Assembly: GCA_030704615.1 (NCBI GenBank)
Contig: CM060733.1
Location: 63,612,001 to 63,676,000, forward strand
Direction of reading: 5' to 3'
Origin: Takakia lepidozioides
Lineage: Eukaryota > Plantae > Bryophyta
Length of the DNA: 64,000 nt
Shown here: piece after piece, positions 61,701 to 64,000 of the stretch
How the letters are laid out: every line of letters begins with the position of its first letter
How positions within the stretch are numbered: the stretch's first letter is position 1
Translations under genes and position numbers: made by a program
The notes under the pieces: generated by a model
What the model was told of the DNA's origin: nothing
The model's database searches: none
Seen by the model: the letters and a program-made list of their open reading frames with translations, nothing else

Positions 61701-62350
61701 TTCTGCAGGCACGACATTATGACTTGCGTGTATGGAAAGCCCAAGTACGGCATACAAACAATGCCAGAGGCTCCCCCGGTGTGGCCGGTGGAACCAGGCT
61801 GCGATCTGAGTCAGGTTGAGGCCGACGCCCTTACCGCCGCAGGATTTCGGATGGTGCAGCGCACTGACGTCCCCAGACAACCATTTCCGCTTCCACAGCC
61901 TCCACCACCGACCCCTGTGAGAGCAAGAACAATGGGACACGACAGCTCTAAGCATCCTACACACCGTTGGGGGAAACCGAAGAGGCGGCGACCTCCCTCA
62001 AAAGTGAACGAGACAAGGATGGGGAATGCACTTCGGATGAACTGTACAATCCAGAGCTCGACAGAAGTGCCCCCACCAGGATTCGGGCGTGTGTATCAGA
62101 TGGCCACGGCGGGCTCAGCTGTTCGCAATGAGGTGTACACCATCACCATTTCAGAATTACCCACCTGCAATTGCACCGACTTCCAGATCATGGCGAACAA
62201 GGGGGCATCATACTGCCCTTGCAAGCATTGTACTACGTGTACCTAAAGAGACTCCGTTGTAATTCCACAACTCATCACTTCATACATGCACCAGGGTTGA
62301 GCCCCCAGGAGGTTCACACTCTTCTGAATATGGATCCAGGGGACCAGTGA
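58748..62350 (+). pseudogene. MULE transposase, family X, frameshifted as assembled
   Basis: GCM-like CAGKLRCLNPTC...KCAHC...C...HVGVHCHP; WVMFD, FMAD, CGFH, TNMAES; SWIM; intron 60839-60921. Confidence 0.88.
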
Positions 62351-63627
62351 GCTTGGCTTGCGGTCCCAATACAATGGTACGCCCATCCTTTTCGGATAGT
62401 AGAACTGTACTGCTGCCAGTACCTCAGACTCTGGCCACAGAAAGGTCCGACATATGTCTTGCCTACCAGTAACCTGTTTTGCTCGAACTAAGATATTACT
62501 ATATCGTTCACTTGTTTCCACGTGCATGTATTTTGTATGTTGGAGGGTTCATGTTTTTCTGCTTTCCGAAAACTTGCTTTCCTCATTCGACCTCCGACAA
62601 GAAAATGCGGCGCCGCATTTCCAAGTATCGTCGTAGGTACTGGTAGAGGCGGCCTTCGCCAACACCAAACCGCTCCGAAATTTCGCACGTGCGAACCCTA
62701 ATGCGGCACCTTATTTCCCAGTTCAGTTGCAAACCTTTCCCGCCGAATACCCGAAGAAGACATAATTGTGAAGTACTGCAGACTCTATTGGTGCAGACTC
62801 CATTGGTTCAATCGCGGCAAAAGGGTCAGCTTCATTCCAATGTTAAGGCATGTAAAACCGCGGAATACTCTATACAGGCCAGTATGCGACATCCTTTTGC
62901 AGTGGTATACTGGATTTCCCGTTGCACGGTCACTTATTTCCATGAGCGGATCTAAAAAACCATGAGCGGACTTGTTACTGACGACATATCTTCGCCGCAT
63001 TACATGATCTGGAACGTCCAAAAACGGCAAGGTCAAATAAAAAACTATTATTTTAATACTTGTTTAATCTGCCGCATTTCCAAATTTGGAGGAGTCCGCT
63101 CATGAAATCCGCGTATCTTAGACTTCGGCTCACCGCTCATGCGGCTCATGCGGCTCATGGCTCATGGCTCATGGTTTCTGCTCATGAAATAGTAAACCTC
63201 CCCACTCACAATCTGAAATCTAAAATAATCAATCAAAGAAGTCCAAAGATGGCCAGCAAAAACCATAGCCTCAATTTCAAATAGCAAGGGTCCAGGTCGT
63301 GCTCCATGGCGCGCTCTCCACCGTTGATTGCGCAATGGGGCGATAGCCGCTAGATGTAGGGCTGTGGGGAGCGTGTATATCTGGCGCAACATGCATGTTC
63401 CCCTAGAGCTTTTCTGGCACCAGCCCGGGGTTGCGCGCGCCCTATTTTCTGGCGAATTTTTTGTTTTTTTTCCCAAGATTTTACATAGGGTTGTCGTAGC
63501 CCTTTGTTTTTTGTCGCTTTTAGGCTCCATTTCGCCTAAAAAAGAAGCGCTGATCCACACCGCATTTTGCACGAAATGTTCCATCCTAGAGTTGCGAATG
63601 AACCCTTCAGCTTTCAAGGTCGAAATG

Positions 63628-64000
63628 TACCAGTAATGTGTGAGAGGAGGCTACCTGTTAGGATGTAGACCAACCAATCCAGTCGAACGCCCGTCCATTT
63701 TCTGTCTTGTTTGGGACAAGAGCCTCTTCAGGTTTGCATGGTACGCTTCAATTCCAGCATTCGTATCTTGTCCGACATGTGGGATATTTCAAGCTCCAAC
63801 AACCAACATGTCCACTTTCGGGATCCACCATTTGTGGATATACAAGAAGAATAGTTTAGCTGGGGGATAATTTGTTTGTAACTCATACAATCTAAACACA
63901 GTCCAGGCCTGCGTAGGGTCACCAATGGGACCACCTTTATTGTACATGATGTCACCCATACCTTGCAAGACATCGGTCCTTAACTGGGCATCCTTGATCT
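63628..64000 (-). mobile_element. Fragment of a different MULE/SWIM-family transposase
   Basis: Minus strand NIPHVGQDTNAGIEAYHANLK...(frameshift)LDWLVYILTG...HYW, the catalytic-E region of plant MULE transposases. Confidence 0.7.

Larger units (their letters stand above)
56450..63200. mobile_element. Second copy of MULE family X (partial, inverted relative to 10590-17449)
   Basis: Colinear and near-identical reverse complement of 10590-17390; different flank (CCCACTCACA). Confidence 0.9.

Noticed and set aside
10590-63200. One giant 52-kb element bounded by 6.8-kb inverted repeats
   Set aside because: Flanks CTACTGTC and CCCACTCA are not a TSD; 10590 pairs with 39049. Two independent copies explain it better.

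Overview
Repeat-rich eukaryotic DNA with no intact host gene. It is very probably from a non-seed land plant, judging by PLS-class PPR and DYW fragments, a chromovirus, GT-AG introns, and MULE and CACTA elements. Main result: a family of large Mutator-like DNA transposons with an unusual cargo. Each carries (i) a GCM-like/DDE/SWIM transposase, (ii) a divergently transcribed, intron-containing gene with a beta-class N4/N6 DNA-methyltransferase-like domain, which in family X is fused to an N-terminal ParB/Sulfiredoxin-like (DGNHR) domain, (iii) a ~185-190 aa accessory ORF family that I do not recognise, and (iv) dozens of family-specific 20-bp palindromes (X: GAAATGCGGCGCCGCATTTC; Y: GAATTTCGGCGCCGAAATTC). 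The palindromes lie in intergenic arrays and introns at spacings close to multiples of 10.5 bp. Elements X and Y have been scrambled by a ~25.8-kb inversion (19626-45392, TCCTAG microhomology). The inversion is revealed by cross-paired target-site duplications, a switch in motif type at each breakpoint, and a gene that rejoins in phase. A near-identical second X copy (56450-63200), a solo X end and a third MTase paralog are also present. A non-autonomous CACTA (29053-33964, ATA TSD) carrying PPR and OSB-PDF exon fragments interrupts the Y transposase. The rest is a chromovirus remnant, PPR pseudogenes, small gene and TE fragments, and two 500-N gaps. All domain calls come from motif recognition by eye; no database search was run.
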